This document shows, in pieces, positions 62,286-64,000 of a DNA stretch of 64,000 nucleotides. The stretch spans positions 474,281 to 538,280 of the forward strand of contig CBDEGU010000011.1 of NCBI GenBank assembly GCA_965238045.1. The letters are read 5' to 3'. Within the stretch, counting starts at the first letter, position 1, and every line of letters begins with the position of its first letter. Below the pieces are notes generated by a model that had not been told where the DNA came from, searched no databases, and saw only the letters and a list, made by a program, of their open reading frames with translations. This stretch comes from Bryobacterales bacterium. GTDB lineage: Bacteria > Acidobacteriota > Terriglobia > Bryobacterales > UBA6623. A program made the translations under genes and the position numbers.

Positions 62286-63458
62286 GTGCCGACGCGACGC
62301 GACTTTCTCAAGCGATCAGGCGCGGCGCTGGCTGCTCTCGATCCGGCGCTGGGACCGGCACCGGGCCGGGGAACAGACGAATCCTCCGACAGGTTTCGTC
62401 TTTGGGCGTTCAGTGACGCGCATGTCGGCAGTGACCTCCGTTACGGTAATCGCGAGAGTTTAGTCGAGGCCATTCAACAGTCGGAATTCGGTACTCCCGA
62501 CGGCGCGCCCTCGTTTGACTGGGACATTGCGGTGGATCTGGGGGATCAGTCCGGAGCACAGCATTTGCCTGACGATGCCGAGGGCGAAGAAGTCGTTCGG
62601 CAGTTTCGCAAAGGCCTTCGAAAACACAAGCGAGAGGACGTGTATAGCCTTTGCGGCAATCACGACCGCAGCGGAATGGATGAGCCGAAGAACTGGTGGT
62701 GGCGCAAATGGCTCGATCCGATGGGTGAGTTCACGCGGCACTCGGGCGTTGACCCGGCGCGGCGGACTTATCCGGTTGAGGGGACTTGGGAGCATTATTC
62801 GTTTCAGGCGGGCAATGTGTTGTTCCTGATGATGAGCGACATCAATGAACCGAGCCAGCGGCCGGGACGCGACCTGCTCGGCGGCAACCCCGGAGGCGTC
62901 GTCTCGGGAGAAACCTTTGCCTGGTGGAAGCGGATGGTCGAGGCGAATCAGGACAAGATTATCGTTTCGGCGCATCACTACGTGCTGAAAAACACCACCG
63001 TTGCGTCGGGCGAGTGGGAGGGGATGCGCAAGGACGCCAGCGGGCTGTGGCGCTCCCACTATCACGGCTATAAGGCGCTGGGAACCCCGCGCGGGGCTTC
63101 CTATCTGTTCTGGACCGGCGGAAGACGGGACGCGCAGGCGTTTGAGAAGTATTTGGAAGCGCATCCGGGAGCGATTGATCTTTGGCTCGGCGCGCACACG
63201 CACACGCACCCGGTCGACAGCTACGGCAATAAGTCTCACGTCGAGACCAAGTGGGGAGTGCACTTCGTGAACGTGTCGGCACTGGCCCGGCATCACGCCC
63301 GACGGACAACCGTTCCGATGAGCCGCCACTTCACTTTTCAGGGGGCCGAAGCGCGGGTTGGGTGCTATTTGCATAGCTGTGACTACGCGGCGGCGGGATG
63401 GTATGAGAGAGCGGAGCGGCGGCTGCGGCTGCGGAAGGAATTTCGATGGTCGCCGTGA
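62286..63458 (+). CDS. Tat-exported metallophosphoesterase
   Basis: TRRDFL; SDAH, LGD, GNHD, HH, AHTH motifs. Confidence 0.85.
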   Translation: MPTRRDFLKRSGAALAALDPALGPAPGRGTDESSDRFRLWAFSDAHVGSDLRYGNRESLVEAIQQSEFGTPDGAPSFDWDIAVDLGDQSGAQHLPDDAEGEEVVRQFRKGLRKHKREDVYSLCGNHDRSGMDEPKNWWWRKWLDPMGEFTRHSGVDPARRTYPVEGTWEHYSFQAGNVLFLMMSDINEPSQRPGRDLLGGNPGGVVSGETFAWWKRMVEANQDKIIVSAHHYVLKNTTVASGEWEGMRKDASGLWRSHYHGYKALGTPRGASYLFWTGGRRDAQAFEKYLEAHPGAIDLWLGAHTHTHPVDSYGNKSHVETKWGVHFVNVSALARHHARRTTVPMSRHFTFQGAEARVGCYLHSCDYAAAGWYERAERRLRLRKEFRWSP

Positions 63459-63659
63459 GGTGGCGGCGAGAGAGGAGCGCCGTCCAGCCCTCATTTTTAC
63501 CACGGGCTACTCGTGCTGCTGTGTTACAAAACTCCTGAACCGCAAAAAGGGCATCGCTCGAACTGCCGCGGGATGTGGCGGGCTGCCTACGCCTCTTGGA
63601 TTTCCTATTTCTATCGAGACGAGAGAAACGCCTGGCTAAAAGGTTACTTTATATTATGC

Positions 63660-63910
63660 GGGAGCCAATTGGGTGAGAAGAAACCGCCAATCTGCCAGAA
63701 CCAGTGCCCGCAGATGGGATGGGCCGTGCCTATCGCTGCCAGCCTTGAGGGACTCACGATTCAAACGCTACGGCCGCGCCTCGCGACGCTGATCGAGACG
63801 GTCGGCTCCATTCTCAAAGATACGCGGGCCCAGTTGCGCTATGCCTCCTCTCAAGCTACGCTGGGGGTGTATGAGAAGACGATTGCCGAAAACGTGAGGC
63901 AGGCTGCCGA
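63660..63910 (+). pseudogene. Degenerate tyrosine-integrase C-terminal fragment
   Basis: GLTIQTLRPRLATL...LKDTRAQLRYASSQATLGVYEK resembles LRH.FAT...KD.Q.QLRH....T..VY with the His residues lost. Confidence 0.55.
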
Positions 63911-64000
63911 AGGTCCTTGTGGGATGCTCTACCCGAGGATGTATCCAGGCAAGTTGGGCTCTGTGGATTGGTGTTTCCGAGGTGCTCCAGTGAGCGAAGT

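Overview
GC-rich bacterial chromosome segment, most likely Acidobacteriota (Bryobacterales-like). This is inferred from the gene set: DUF1501, CRTAC1/ASPIC, an Oar-like barrel plus VWA protein, a POTRA-only protein, a PQQ-like propeller and Tat-exported hydrolases. It holds about 50 CDSs, including serS, hpt, a cyclophilin, phoD, dinD, a UxaE-like epimerase, a Wzt ATPase, a GGDEF-EAL protein and a MazF-type TA pair. It also holds two tRNAs (Asn-GTT, Arg-CCG) and a minimal bacterial-microcompartment cassette (class II aldolase, 1 BMC-H, 3 BMC-P). Mobile DNA includes an intact IS256 with an 8-bp target duplication, four copies of a ~180-bp MITE, an internally deleted ISNCY/IS481-like element and two integrase remnants. 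The least explained part is a ~3.8-kb nearly gene-free stretch (39.6-43.4 kb). It contains a degenerate array of ~175-240-bp units (a conserved DNA motif, an IHF-like site and a GTAG REP hairpin) and a ~300-nt multi-stem sequence ending in a terminator-like hairpin, which looks like an unassigned structured RNA. All calls were made by eye from motifs; no database searches were run.
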